DNA of 64,000 bases from Promethearchaeota archaeon (GTDB lineage Archaea > Asgardarchaeota > Lokiarchaeia > Sigyniarchaeales > SOKP01), in contig JALGVJ010000008.1 of the NCBI GenBank assembly GCA_029838195.1, forward strand, positions 1 through 64,000. Direction: 5' to 3'. The notes under the pieces are model-generated. The model worked only from the letters and a program-made list of their open reading frames with translations, ran no database searches and was not told the DNA's origin. A program made the translations under genes and the position numbers. Positions within the stretch are counted from its first letter, which is position 1. Each line of letters starts with the position of its first letter. This document shows positions 32,597-44,003 of this stretch, one piece after another.

Positions 32597-33013
32597 AATC
32601 TGATTAAATTAAATGTTTTTAATAAATTTAAAAGATATGAATGGGAAGCAAAAAAGAACATGAGTGAGCTTACCTCTGATTTTCTTTTTTTACCTTCTTT
32701 TACCAAAATTTTTGATAACATCCTAATAAAATAAATATAGAATAGTTTTTTTTAATGAATTAAAAAAGATTTTATTGTCAAAAAAAAACGAAAAGAAATC
32801 TATAGAATAATTTCGTATATAAAAACATTTTCATGTAAAGTCATGTATCTATATTTTTTTTTAAATCCTTAGATTTGAAAATCTTCAAGTTCTTATTTCA
32901 AGATCACTTCAATTAGGGTCATGTTAATGAAACTTGTGGTGAAATTTTTATAAAATAATTCATAGAAACAAATTCAACATTTGATTTTTAAACAAGCTGA
33001 TATCTTAATATTC

Positions 33014-33451
33014 ATGAAGGCGCTAATAATCTATTTTACAATGAATGGGCGGAAGAACAAAAAAAATGGCGGAAATTATTGCTAGTGCTCTTGATCAATA
33101 TGAGGTGAATTTTATTCCGTTTCATGTCAAGGGAAATTCAAGGAAAAAATGAAAATTTTAAATAAGTTCCTGCATGATGATTTTTCCAAGTTTGTAAAGG
33201 AGCTAAGTTCGTTAAATGCTGCTGGACAGGATTTAATTGAAATAATTGAAAGACTTAAATCATCGCTTCAAGGGAAGAAAGCCGCAGTTTTCTCCACTGC
33301 TCGAATCACGGGGGGAAAAGCAAGAGATTACATGAAAAAAAAGGTGGAAGGAGCGGGGGGTGAAGTCATTGGATACATTAATTTCAGAGGATTATTTACC
33401 CTTGGTAAAAACAAGGTTCTCAAATTCGGGAAAGAAACTCGTAGCTTTTAG
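33014..33451 (+). pseudogene. Frameshifted flavodoxin-like gene
   Basis: ATG 33014 MKALIIYFTMNGR / shift / RTKKMAEIIASALDQYEV / shift / FKEKMKILNKF...DLI-EIIERL..LQGKKAAVFST. The FMN-binding G-x-P-T loop after DLI is missing. Confidence 0.8.
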
Positions 33452-33588
33452 CTCCCAAATATAAATTTTTCATTTCTTTTACGTTTCTAATTTTAACTCA
33501 TGAGTAAAGCAAGAGGGAATTCTTTTTTTACAAAAGAAACATTAGATACTTCTGAAAGTGCTTCTCAATTAGATGTTAAAAAAGAATT

Positions 33589-34428
33589 TTATAAGAACCT
33601 AGTTATATATTCCATGCTTTTTTCTAAAGTCGTGGCACTGAAGAGTTCCACGATTATTGCCCCAGTATAATTGTAAACTTTCATGATATTGAAAATTTCT
33701 TCAAAGTTCACTTTTCCAGTTCCTAATTGAGGATGGTTATCCGTATTTTTATCCGCATTATCAACAAGATGAACATTTCTAATTTTATCATGGAATTTAT
33801 TCCATAAACTATTAGGATCTCCATTATTTGTCCATAGATGAGAGGTGTCATAGGTAAAAAATAAATCAGTACGATTTAATCTTACGAAGAACTCTTCAAT
33901 CTCTTCTATTTTCAAAAAAAATCCGGCAACTTTTGGCATGTTTTCGATACACGTGGTAATTCCTAAATCTTTGATTTCATCTAATAGTTTATCCACAGAA
34001 TTAAGCAATATCTGCTCATGCTTTTCTTTAAAAGGAGGAATGGGAAAATCTGCGGGACCAGGATGAATTGTAAATACTTTAGCACCAATTTCAGCACAAA
34101 TCCTGGCATTTTCAATATATGCATCCACCGTTGCCCGTGAAATCCATTCATTAAAGGAACATAGTGAGACATCCATGAAATTTCCGTGAATTTGTTTTTC
34201 AACCGAATATGAATCGCATACCTCAATAAAAGCTTTTCTCTCTTTTTTTTCCGTTATTTTAGGAGGTTCAAGGATAATTTCACAGGTAGCTAAATTCCAT
34301 TTTTCAGTAAACTCTAAAGCAGATTTGGTGGCTTGTAATAATAGTTCATTCAAATTTTTATAATTACCCTTCACTCCGTGATTAACAAGATATCCTAATG
34401 AGCTAATCCCTAATTTCATGTATTTCAT
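33589..34428 (-). CDS. Sugar phosphate isomerase/epimerase (xylose isomerase-like TIM barrel)
   Basis: IHPG, CIENMP, YDTSH, VHLVDN, DNHPQLGTG, IVE. Confidence 0.88.
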   Translation of the reverse strand: MKYMKLGISSLGYLVNHGVKGNYKNLNELLLQATKSALEFTEKWNLATCEIILEPPKITEKKERKAFIEVCDSYSVEKQIHGNFMDVSLCSFNEWISRATVDAYIENARICAEIGAKVFTIHPGPADFPIPPFKEKHEQILLNSVDKLLDEIKDLGITTCIENMPKVAGFFLKIEEIEEFFVRLNRTDLFFTYDTSHLWTNNGDPNSLWNKFHDKIRNVHLVDNADKNTDNHPQLGTGKVNFEEIFNIMKVYNYTGAIIVELFSATTLEKSMEYITRFL

Positions 34429-34618
34429 TAATTTTTTATTGTATTAGAGGTTGATGTTAATGGTAAGTCATTCATTTCTTTATATAATTCTTCGAAGACT
34501 TTTTTCAAAAGATTCAAAAAAAAATATTTATTTAGCATGATAATTGATCAATTTCAATGAATTCATGAGAACATCATTATCATTTTAATATTAAAAAAAA
34601 CCATAGTAAATTAATATC

Positions 34619-35755
34619 ATGATACGACCCTTAAAAATTGGCTTGGTTGGAAACGGCCTTAATGCAACCGAACATCGCAGTGAATTAGAATCCCATCCCC
34701 TCCTTAATAATCGAGCGAAAATTATCGCTGGTTTTGATCCAGATCCCGAAGCTCGTGAACGATTGAGTAAAATGGAGGGTGTCAAGGTTGCATCTTCTTT
34801 TGAAGAATTTCTTAGCACGCCTAACATGGAGGCAATTATCATTTCAAGCCCGCCGCAATATCATGCAGAACAAGCCGTAGCTGCATTAGAGGCAGGATTT
34901 CATGTATTTTCCGAAATTCCCATGGCATTAAATAAAAAAGATATTGAAAAAATTATTGATGCTGAAAATGCTTCTGGAAAAGTATATCAATTAGGCGAAA
35001 ATTATTGCTTTTTCCCCGAAGTACTTTATGCGGGTCATTTGGCCTCATCTGGCAAGCTAGGTCCCGTTGTTTATGCTGAAGCAGAGTATTTACATGATGT
35101 TACGTATCGATGGAGGAAAGGATTTCATGGAGATGTGAATACGCCTAGAATTGACTCGTGGTATCAATTATTTGATCCCATGATGTATGCCCATTCAATT
35201 GGTCCCGCACAAGCTGCAATGGGAGGAATAGACAATCCCATGCCTTTTGTAGAAGTTGTAAGCTTCGCAAATGATAATGGAGGTTACCATGGAAAACCTA
35301 TTTGCAGTCCGGCAAAAGCTTTTCAAGTAGCATTATTCAAGACTGAAAAAGAAGCTATTGCAAAATGTGCCAACGCCTACGTGTTTGCAAGAGAGCCCAC
35401 CCGAATCATCATACAAGTTACGGGTGAATTGGGGACCTATGAATGTTATGAATTAAGTCGACCTGGGAGATTGTTTTTAGCGGATGACCACGTGATCACC
35501 CGCAGCCGTCATCGAAAAGGCAAAACCAAGAAAATTGACGAGGAGCAATTATCTGATGTCATTCCTATAATCAAAGGGCTGTATTGGGGAGCAAATGCGC
35601 GAATCTTGCATGATTGGTTAGAAGCCATTGAAAAAAATAAAATTCCTAAATTGCACGCTAAAATTGGAGCCAATTTTTGCATGGCAGGCATCGCAGCCTC
35701 GGAATCTGCACGTAAAGGCGGAAAACTCGTGAAAATTAAAACATTTACCGACTAA
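34619..35755 (+). CDS. Gfo/Idh/MocA family oxidoreductase
   Basis: KIGLVGNG, ISSPPQYHAEQAVAALEAGFHVFSEIPMA, GENYCF, AEYLHD. Confidence 0.9.
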   Translation: MIRPLKIGLVGNGLNATEHRSELESHPLLNNRAKIIAGFDPDPEARERLSKMEGVKVASSFEEFLSTPNMEAIIISSPPQYHAEQAVAALEAGFHVFSEIPMALNKKDIEKIIDAENASGKVYQLGENYCFFPEVLYAGHLASSGKLGPVVYAEAEYLHDVTYRWRKGFHGDVNTPRIDSWYQLFDPMMYAHSIGPAQAAMGGIDNPMPFVEVVSFANDNGGYHGKPICSPAKAFQVALFKTEKEAIAKCANAYVFAREPTRIIIQVTGELGTYECYELSRPGRLFLADDHVITRSRHRKGKTKKIDEEQLSDVIPIIKGLYWGANARILHDWLEAIEKNKIPKLHAKIGANFCMAGIAASESARKGGKLVKIKTFTD

Positions 35756-36032
35756 GCATCTTTTAGCAATTTTTATCTTTTTAGCTAACCAAAAAAAATA
35801 TCCATGTAATCCTTTTTCCAAACAAGCAATTTTTTCCAAAAACTTTAGTTCTCATGAAATACCATTAAATTAGCTTTTTCAGAGTTAAATTTACTCTGAT
35901 AACCCTCAATTTTAAACTACATGTTTTCACCCTTTCGAATGAAATTGCATAATATTTAATACGAACATTTACACATCATAATTTAACAACAAAGAAATTC
36001 ATCTTAAAATTTTAATAAACGGTTTTTTAATC

Positions 36033-37802
36033 ATGAACGAAGTCCTTAATTGGCACGTGCCCGACGACAGACCATGGTTCAATTCAGGGCTATGGCAAGA
36101 AGGCGTGCCCAAACATCCCAAATTTCCCGTGATAAGTCTCGGAGATTGGTTTGACCAAAAAACGGAGGAATTTGGACGACAAAAATATTCGTGGTTTCTG
36201 AAAACTACCATGAATTATAGGGTCCTAAGAAAACACGTGGACACGCTGACCACTTCTCTCGCTAAAAAAGGCATTAAAAAAGGAGATGTGGTGGCTATCT
36301 TGCTTCCTAATAGCTTCCAATTTACAATCTCGTATTTCGCTACGGTAAAACTCGGTGCCATTGTTATACCGATAAATCCTACCTATAAACCCTTAGAAAT
36401 TTTAAACGTGCTTAAGCAGACCAAACCAAAAGCCCTTATCTGCATGGACGCCATGTATGGCTTGATTAAACCCATTTCTGACCACTATAAGTTTGATTTT
36501 ATAATTTCCACAAACATTGCGGATTTAGCCGCTATTCCGCCAGCAATTAAAGAACAATTAATTAAAGAAGGCACGATTCCTAGTGGAGAAGTTCCTGGAG
36601 CTCTGAGCTTCTTGGAAATGGCTCCTAAAAGGGGAGAAATCAATATCCCCAAGGTCGAAATAGACCCTATTAATGATCCCGCTGTTTATTTAATGACAGG
36701 AGGCACAACCGGAGTTCCGAAAGCTGCAATCATCACGCATTATAATTGTGTTTGTAATGCTAAACAAACCTTCTCTTGGATGCCGGATGCTACTCATCCC
36801 ATGGCTTGTATCGGAATCCTCCCCATGTTTCATGCCTTCGGAATGACCATTGTTCAGAACGTGGTAATAGAAGGAGGAGATTTTAATATTTTATTTCCAA
36901 GACCCCCTTCTTCTTTAAAAGAAGTAGTGGATACCATCTTAGAAGTGGGTCCCGAGGGAGGGACGATTTTACCTGGCGTTGAAAATCTTTTCATTGGACT
37001 AACCAGATATCTGGAAGAAAATCCCGAACCTCGCTTAAAAGGAATGTTCCGTCTCTGCGTGAGCGGAGCTGGTCCATTGCATGGGCCTGTCAAAGAAAAA
37101 TTTGAGGCAGTAAGTGGAGGAAAATTAGTGGAAGCTTATGGTTTGACAGAATGCACAACTGCAGTTAGTGCTGGTCCATTTAATGGGAAAGACGAAACAG
37201 GAACGTTAGGATTACCTTTTCCGGGGACCGATTGGATGATTTTCCACATGGAAGATTTTGATAAAGGTCCTCTTAATGGATACGGGCCAGATTTTACAGG
37301 AGAAATTTGCGTGAGTGGACCTCAAGTATTTAAAGGGTATTTGAATAACCCGGAGGCTACAGCAGAAACTTTAAGAGAGTGTGATGGAAAAATTTGGTGT
37401 TTAACGGGCGATATCGGCTACATGGACGCAAAAGGGCAAATAGTCATTCGAGATCGGAAGAAGCAAATGATTAAATATAAAGGCTACTCGGTGTTTCCTA
37501 AGGAAGTTGAGGAATTGATTGGCACCCATCCTGATGTCCTTGAAGTAGCCGTAGCTGGGTTGCCGGATCCTGAAACTGGAGAAATGGTCAAGGCCTGGGT
37601 TCAAATTAAAGCAGAAGCAAAAGGACGATTGACACCTGAGAAGTTGATCGAATGGTGTAAAGTAAATATCACCCACTATAAATGTCCAAAAGAAATAGAA
37701 ATCATAGAAGAAATTCCAAAATCCCTGGTAGGAAAGGTTCAGAGGAGACAGTTGCAAATAAATGATCCAAAATGGAAAGCAAAGCATGGAGAAACTTCAT
37801 GA
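36033..37802 (+). CDS. Long-chain fatty acid--CoA ligase (AMP-forming)
   Basis: MTGGTTGVPKA, EAYGLTE, GPQVFKGY, TGDIG, DRKK, PKSLVGKV. Confidence 0.93.
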   Translation: MNEVLNWHVPDDRPWFNSGLWQEGVPKHPKFPVISLGDWFDQKTEEFGRQKYSWFLKTTMNYRVLRKHVDTLTTSLAKKGIKKGDVVAILLPNSFQFTISYFATVKLGAIVIPINPTYKPLEILNVLKQTKPKALICMDAMYGLIKPISDHYKFDFIISTNIADLAAIPPAIKEQLIKEGTIPSGEVPGALSFLEMAPKRGEINIPKVEIDPINDPAVYLMTGGTTGVPKAAIITHYNCVCNAKQTFSWMPDATHPMACIGILPMFHAFGMTIVQNVVIEGGDFNILFPRPPSSLKEVVDTILEVGPEGGTILPGVENLFIGLTRYLEENPEPRLKGMFRLCVSGAGPLHGPVKEKFEAVSGGKLVEAYGLTECTTAVSAGPFNGKDETGTLGLPFPGTDWMIFHMEDFDKGPLNGYGPDFTGEICVSGPQVFKGYLNNPEATAETLRECDGKIWCLTGDIGYMDAKGQIVIRDRKKQMIKYKGYSVFPKEVEELIGTHPDVLEVAVAGLPDPETGEMVKAWVQIKAEAKGRLTPEKLIEWCKVNITHYKCPKEIEIIEEIPKSLVGKVQRRQLQINDPKWKAKHGETS

Positions 37803-38100
37803 AAGAAAAGATATTTACTTTCTAACTCATGGTTTCCAGAAAGATCGAAAATAAATTTTGAATTTTTTCCTATTTCATTCATATTTTTTTTTCCCTGCTT
37901 TTTTCCGTCTTTTCCTTAGTCGACATTTTTCAATTTTGGTTTCTCAATTTATTTGAATATTAAGGTGAAGGCAAAAACATTGAAAATTTTCAAGAGATCA
38001 TGATTATCAAGAAATTTTATCAAGGGGTCAAAGGAAGGTGAAAAATATGTCATGTTCTCAACAATTAAATTAAAAATAATGAAATATTTTTCAACTAAAT

Positions 38101-39585
38101 ATGTCTACTGGAATTACCCATTTTCTCCATGAGATTTTAAATCCGAAAAGCGTGGCTATATATGGTGCTAATAATTCGGGAGCGTCGTTAGCTTGCATCC
38201 AGTTGATGAACCTCATTATTTCTGATTATCCGGGAAAAATTTATCCTATTCATTTGAAATTAGATTCGATAATGGGATTTCCAGCTTATAGAACCTTGGA
38301 TGAGGTTCCTGAAGTTCCCGATGTCGTCATCATTGTCTTGCCCCCCAGAATAGTTCCACAAATCTTTAAGGAATGTGCTGAAAAAGGTGTCAAATATATC
38401 ATCTTGATATCGGGAGGATTCAGAGAATTAACAAGCGACCGAAAGAATGACTTGACGGAACAAATAATTAAAATTGCTAAAGATCATGGCATTCGTTTCA
38501 TAGGGCCGAATTGTCTTGGCGTGTTCAATAATTGGATAACTGAAGAAGAGGGTAAAGCTTTTAACATATCCATTTGGGAGCGGCTTAAAAGAAATAAATT
38601 TTCTATTGCATCTCAGAGTGGCACGCTTTCAAGCCACATCTTTTTTGATCCTGAAAACTTGGATTTGGGATTGGGAAAAAGCATATCGGTGGGAAATGAG
38701 GCAAATATCGATATTGTTGATTGCTTGGAGTATTTCAAGGATGATGAGCAAACCAAAGTGATTGGATTATACATCGAAGAAATAAAACGCGGAAGAAAAT
38801 TTCTCGAATTAGCCAAGGAAATTACTCCTAAGAAACCGGTCATCGCGATTTATGGCGGGGGCTCCGAAGCAGGAAATCGCGCTTTAACCAGTCACACGGG
38901 TTCAATGGCTGGAGATAAGAGAATTTATAAAGCAGTCTTTAAAGAAACGGGAATTATTGAAACCTCTAAAGTTCAAGAATTTTTAGACCTTGCTCTGGCT
39001 TTAACTAAAGGATATCTTCCAAGAGGCAAGCGAATAGGCATAATAACCAACTCAGGTGGTCCCGGCACAATGTTGGCAAATACTGCTGAATCAGAGGGGT
39101 TAATCGTTCCGGAATTATCAGAACAATTACAGCAAGAATTAAAAGAAATGCTTCCTCCAATCGCCAGCTTTAAAAATCCTATTGATGTGACATTTGATAT
39201 GAATTTGCCCTATTATTATATTACATTACCCGAAATTCTCATGAAATCAGGAGAAGTAGATGTTTTAATTCAATATGGCGTGGTTGGCTTCCAAGATGTC
39301 ATGGATAAATATTTGGAACACGAAAGGATTGCCCAACATGCGGAATTTAAAAAACAAGATCCCGAAAAAAGTGATGAATTGGCCAAATCCCTGTTACAAC
39401 CCACGCTAAAAAATGCAGAGAAATATTCAATTCCCATCTTTTATATCAGCCCCCAAAATTTTAATAGTCCATGGTCAAGTCGATTGAGACAAAATGGAGC
39501 GATTTTATTTAAATTATGGGATCGCCCCATTCCTTTAATAAAAAAATTATGCGAATATTCAGAATTCAAACAAACTCATGCATGA
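38101..39585 (+). CDS. ADP/NDP-forming acyl-CoA synthetase, alpha subunit
   Basis: PKSVAIYGA, IGPNCLG, SQSG, SVGNEA, SHTGS phospho-His, TNSGGPG, NPIDVT. Confidence 0.9.
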   Translation: MSTGITHFLHEILNPKSVAIYGANNSGASLACIQLMNLIISDYPGKIYPIHLKLDSIMGFPAYRTLDEVPEVPDVVIIVLPPRIVPQIFKECAEKGVKYIILISGGFRELTSDRKNDLTEQIIKIAKDHGIRFIGPNCLGVFNNWITEEEGKAFNISIWERLKRNKFSIASQSGTLSSHIFFDPENLDLGLGKSISVGNEANIDIVDCLEYFKDDEQTKVIGLYIEEIKRGRKFLELAKEITPKKPVIAIYGGGSEAGNRALTSHTGSMAGDKRIYKAVFKETGIIETSKVQEFLDLALALTKGYLPRGKRIGIITNSGGPGTMLANTAESEGLIVPELSEQLQQELKEMLPPIASFKNPIDVTFDMNLPYYYITLPEILMKSGEVDVLIQYGVVGFQDVMDKYLEHERIAQHAEFKKQDPEKSDELAKSLLQPTLKNAEKYSIPIFYISPQNFNSPWSSRLRQNGAILFKLWDRPIPLIKKLCEYSEFKQTHA

Positions 39586-39653
39586 AATTAATAATTATTA
39601 GTAATAAATTTAAAACAATTAAAAGTTAAATTGTAATACAAGGAAGTAGAACA

Positions 39654-40505
39654 ATGGAAAAATTTAAGATTTTTGATGCGCACATGCATTCTAACGGCGT
39701 CTGGCTGAAAGAAGAGAAAGATCTGCTCGCCTATATGGATAAATATCATGTAGAAAAAGCAATTATTACAACCATTAATCGAACGAAATATTATGAAAAA
39801 AAGGAAAAAGGCTCTATTTCAAAACAGGATGAGTCGGAATCTAATCAATTAGAAAAATTCCTAAAAATGGTTCCAAAAGGGCAAATCCCTCATGATGATG
39901 TCATTGAGATTGCGAAAAAAGCGCCACATAGAATTTATAAATTTTTCTGGTTTAACCCGACAATGAATCCCGAGCTCGAAGCAGAAAGTTATGACATTTT
40001 AGAACAGCATTTTAAAGAAGGCTTTCGGGGGGTTAAAATCCATCCCGCATTCAATATCATGCGCATCCCAAAAGATCTAATGAAATTAGCTTCTTTCATG
40101 CAAGAACAAGATAAAGACCTCATCCTTTTCATTCATACCATGCCCAAGACAGGATACTTTAATGGCGTCTCATGTAAAAACGTGGCAAAATTAGCAGAGA
40201 TGTTTCCGGACCTAAAAATCATCCTTGGCCATTCTGCATATGCCATGGAATTCGCGGTAGAAGCAGGAATGGTGCTAAAAAAATATTCTAATATCTATTT
40301 TGAAACCTCTTGTTCGGTTTCCTTTGGAATATTCAATATAATTAAAACAGCTGGCCACGAACGCATTCTCTTTGGCTCTGATTCTCCTACAGCTTCCCAC
40401 TTGCCCATCGAAATTCAAAAAATAACGACCTTGCCCAAAATTTCTGAAGACATTAAAAAAGATATTTTATATTATAATGTTCTTCGATTATTAAATGAGT
40501 ATTAA
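39654..40505 (+). CDS. Amidohydrolase_2 family metallo-hydrolase
   Basis: DAHMH, GVKIHP, IHT, LGHS, LFGSDSP. Confidence 0.9.
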   Translation: MEKFKIFDAHMHSNGVWLKEEKDLLAYMDKYHVEKAIITTINRTKYYEKKEKGSISKQDESESNQLEKFLKMVPKGQIPHDDVIEIAKKAPHRIYKFFWFNPTMNPELEAESYDILEQHFKEGFRGVKIHPAFNIMRIPKDLMKLASFMQEQDKDLILFIHTMPKTGYFNGVSCKNVAKLAEMFPDLKIILGHSAYAMEFAVEAGMVLKKYSNIYFETSCSVSFGIFNIIKTAGHERILFGSDSPTASHLPIEIQKITTLPKISEDIKKDILYYNVLRLLNEY

Positions 40506-40617
40506 ATTAATTTAATACTAAATTTTTCTCAAGAAATAGTTATAGTTATGTGATTTTTACATTACTATTATTAAATGCCTAAAAAAATAGCCAGGAAAAA
40601 TTAAAGGTTTAAGAAAA

Positions 40618-40893
40618 TTACTCTTTTTTTATATTTTTCTGGATAAAATCTTTTACTTTAGTATTAATTACTTTAACTTTCTCTAAAGGCGCTTTTGATA
40701 TGGAAATTTTCTTTTTATTTTTTTCAGAATGGTTTTTTATTAATCTTTCAATTCCTACTTTTTTTTCTAACCATACTTTCTCAAAAAAAGAGTCTAATCC
40801 AGACCATTTTTTTAATTCATGAGCTCTATTAATTCCTTCCATAAACCAAATTTTTGCTATTTCTTTAATTTCATTTTCTTTCATTTTTATCAT
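40618..40893 (-). CDS. Hypothetical basic protein
   Basis: 91-aa ORF, no recognisable motif. Confidence 0.5.
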   Translation of the reverse strand: MIKMKENEIKEIAKIWFMEGINRAHELKKWSGLDSFFEKVWLEKKVGIERLIKNHSEKNKKKISISKAPLEKVKVINTKVKDFIQKNIKKE

Positions 40894-41010
40894 TTTTCCT
40901 AAGTTTTTTTTTATCTTATAAAGTAAGAAATATAAAAATTTTTATATTTTTTTAAGAAATCCTCTCTCTTTTTGAAATATGCCTGATTTTAGCATTTAAG
41001 TTATAGATGA

Positions 41011-41301
41011 TTAATCTATTTTTTTTAATTTTAACTCTATATCTTCTTTAATCTCATTAATTTTAGATTTCATCATTGTAAAAAATCGATTTCCAGATGT
41101 CTTAAGTATTTCTTTATAATTATTTAAAGTTTTTGATTTTAAATGTTCTTTTAAGTCTTGTAAGTTAAAATCAATGGGTAGATTTTCAATGCCACACCGT
41201 TCGCAATAGATTGACTCATTATTCATCAGTTTCTTTATTAATTCTGGTGGAATTCTCGCACCACATTCCTTACAATTAATTATTATATCTTTCATTATCA
41301 T
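41011..41301 (-). CDS. Small zinc-ribbon protein
   Basis: CKECG...CERCG. Confidence 0.65.
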   Translation of the reverse strand: MIMKDIIINCKECGARIPPELIKKLMNNESIYCERCGIENLPIDFNLQDLKEHLKSKTLNNYKEILKTSGNRFFTMMKSKINEIKEDIELKLKKID

Positions 41302-41508
41302 TCTTTCATTTAATTATTAATTGAAAGGGAGAAAAAAATGAATAATATTTAATTTGGATTTTAAATAACCATCAATAAGTTTAAAACTATTTTATTTTTA
41401 AAATGCACGATGAAATTAAATAATTATTAAATTTTCTCTCCAAGTCTTCCAATATTTTTGAAAAAATATAAATCCTCTCAATTTTTAAAAAAAAATTCTT
41501 TTATAAAA

Positions 41509-42354
41509 ATGAACGAATTTTTTGCAAATATTAATGGGATTAAAATTTGTTATGAACTTCATGGTAAGAAAGAAAATTTTCCACTGATCTGTGTTCATGG
41601 ATTTGGAGGAAAAAAAGAAACATGGATTGCTCAGATTCCCATGTTATCAAAACATTTTCAAGTAATAATTTTTGATCAAAGAAGTGCTGGCAAATCTGAT
41701 CGTCCAGATGAACCTTTTACGATGGAAACGCTCGCAGATGATATTGCTGGTCTCATGGATTATCTCCACATTTCTAAAGCTCATTTTCTTGGTTTTTCTT
41801 TAGGAGGGATGATCATCCAAAATTTTGCCTTAAAATATCCGACTCGGATTGAAAAAATAGTGTTAATAAATACCAGCCCCGGCATTCCAAGAAAGGGAGG
41901 CATTGAATTGTTTAGAAAAAATCAGCTCGAACGCATTGAAGTAATTAAAAAAGATCCCGAACAAGTGCTATGGAATGATATTAAAAGAGGGTTTCACGTT
42001 AGCTTCCGTAAAAAAATGAAAGCAGATCCCAAAATGAAATTCCATGGTATCTGGTCAGTAGAAGATTTGATTAATTATATTAAAACTAATCCAAGCACGG
42101 AAAAAGATGTGGAAAATCAAATTCATGCGCTTAAATCTCATGATACATGGAAGCATCTTCATGAAATTACTCATGAAACCTTGTTGATTGGAGCCTCCCA
42201 CGATAAGCTTACTCCTCTTTCCGTAATGGAACAAATCCATGAAAAACTGCCTAACGGCAAGCTTCATGTAATCCAAAAGGCAGGTCATGAAGTGCATCGC
42301 TCAAGGGCTCCTGAAGTGAATGAATTAATTATTAAGTTTCTTCTTAAAAGGTAA
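41509..42354 (+). CDS. Alpha/beta hydrolase
   Basis: VHGFGG, FDQRSAGKSD, GFSLGG nucleophile elbow, HD, AGH. ATG at 41509 preferred over TTG at 41458. Confidence 0.92.
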   Translation: MNEFFANINGIKICYELHGKKENFPLICVHGFGGKKETWIAQIPMLSKHFQVIIFDQRSAGKSDRPDEPFTMETLADDIAGLMDYLHISKAHFLGFSLGGMIIQNFALKYPTRIEKIVLINTSPGIPRKGGIELFRKNQLERIEVIKKDPEQVLWNDIKRGFHVSFRKKMKADPKMKFHGIWSVEDLINYIKTNPSTEKDVENQIHALKSHDTWKHLHEITHETLLIGASHDKLTPLSVMEQIHEKLPNGKLHVIQKAGHEVHRSRAPEVNELIIKFLLKR

Positions 42355-42560
42355 AATTTAATTCGAAAGTTACCCCCTTTTAATTTTTTTTTTAAGTTAA
42401 CCAATTTTTTAATTCTTCAACTTTCCCCTTCAATGTTCGTTCATTTAAGATAGGACCCGCTAATGAAATAAGTTTTTATTTTGAAATGAATAAAATTAAT
42501 TACAATAAATAAATTTAAAATTATTCTAATAAAATATAAAAAAGATATACGAGATCGAGA

Positions 42561-43973
42561 ATGTCTAAATCGCATGTGGTTAATAATTCTGTAATGGTTG
42601 AGCGTAGTACCAAAAAAATGATTTTCTATTCCTTGGGCATTATCGTGGGAGGATTTCTCTATTCCATGTTCAATCAGCTTCAATTTTTCGCCGTTTCTCT
42701 GCTTTTAATTCCTCAAACTACTATTGCTCTCATGTTTTTAATCTACAGTATCGTGGATGGCATAAATGATCCAATTTTGGGATATTGGACTGATAGATCT
42801 ACAAGATTTACAGAAAAGCATGGAAAAAGATTTCCTTATATTGTTATCGGAACCTTCATTTCGCCCATTCTTCTCATTTTTTGTTTCATGCCTTTCGGGA
42901 TGGAGTCCATCGCTTTAATTGCAGTAATTTTAACGATTTTAATGTGCATTTACGAGACAATGCGTACGCTGGCTGAGATTAACATTAATGCCTTATTTCC
43001 AGATATGTTTAGGGGCGAACGGGAGCGCCGGAAAGTCTCCTCCATAGGAGTGATTATAAGCTTCTTTAATAGTCTTTTAGGAATTATTCTAATTCCACTT
43101 TTCATCTCTATTTATGGAGGGGCTACGAGTAAAACGGCATTCTTCATGGCAACAATCACTATAGTTATTATTGTTTACATCATTGCCATTCCCTTTAGTT
43201 TTGGTGTGAAGGAACCCGATGATCTAAAACAATTAAGAATTAGATTGGACACGGAAAAAAAGAGCAGTTCTCCTATAAAAGAAGTAGTAACTCGCATTTT
43301 CAAGGATAGAGTATGGATGTCTTTTACGCTTGCTTATTTTTTTTACACGATTGCGGGATATTGTTTACTAGCGGGTATCAATTTTTACGTGATTCATGGA
43401 TTAGGGCAACCGATTAGCGCTGTAATCCTTCCTCAATTAGGAACTTTGGTCATGAGTGTCGTGGCGATTCCGATTTTTTCAAAAATTTCACATAAATACG
43501 GTGCAAAATTAGGATATATTCTCAGTTTTGTAATTTTGGCGATTTTTTTCATATTATTCTTTTTATTCGTAAACGAAATGGTTGGATTCACGATTTTATT
43601 TTTACTGTTAGGCATTGGATTGGGTGGAAATGGATTCATGTATAACATCGTATCTTCGGAGGCCATCGATAATGCTGTTGTTAAATCTGGTAAAAGAGAG
43701 GAAGCAACTTACAATGGTATTCTTCGAATTTTCTCCGCTTTTTGCTATTTCTTCCAAGCTTTAATTTTCGCCCTCGTTAGTGAATATTCCGGTTATGATC
43801 CGGCATTGGGCGCCGCTCAAACGGAATTAGCTAAATTGGGCCTTAAAATACAAATGTCATTAATACCATTTTTCTTGATAATCGCTGGATTAATCATTTT
43901 TACCCTTGGGTATCCCCTAAGCAGACATGATGCTATTGAAAACCGGAAGAAACTCATTGAATTGAATCTCTAA
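42561..43973 (+). CDS. GPH-family MFS sugar/glycoside transporter
   Basis: DGINDPILGYWTD...HGKRFPYI, LFPDMFR, AIDN...KREEATYNG. Confidence 0.92.
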   Translation: MSKSHVVNNSVMVERSTKKMIFYSLGIIVGGFLYSMFNQLQFFAVSLLLIPQTTIALMFLIYSIVDGINDPILGYWTDRSTRFTEKHGKRFPYIVIGTFISPILLIFCFMPFGMESIALIAVILTILMCIYETMRTLAEININALFPDMFRGERERRKVSSIGVIISFFNSLLGIILIPLFISIYGGATSKTAFFMATITIVIIVYIIAIPFSFGVKEPDDLKQLRIRLDTEKKSSSPIKEVVTRIFKDRVWMSFTLAYFFYTIAGYCLLAGINFYVIHGLGQPISAVILPQLGTLVMSVVAIPIFSKISHKYGAKLGYILSFVILAIFFILFFLFVNEMVGFTILFLLLGIGLGGNGFMYNIVSSEAIDNAVVKSGKREEATYNGILRIFSAFCYFFQALIFALVSEYSGYDPALGAAQTELAKLGLKIQMSLIPFFLIIAGLIIFTLGYPLSRHDAIENRKKLIELNL

Positions 43974-44003
43974 AAAATTTTTTTTATTTTTATTTTTTTT
44001 TTC

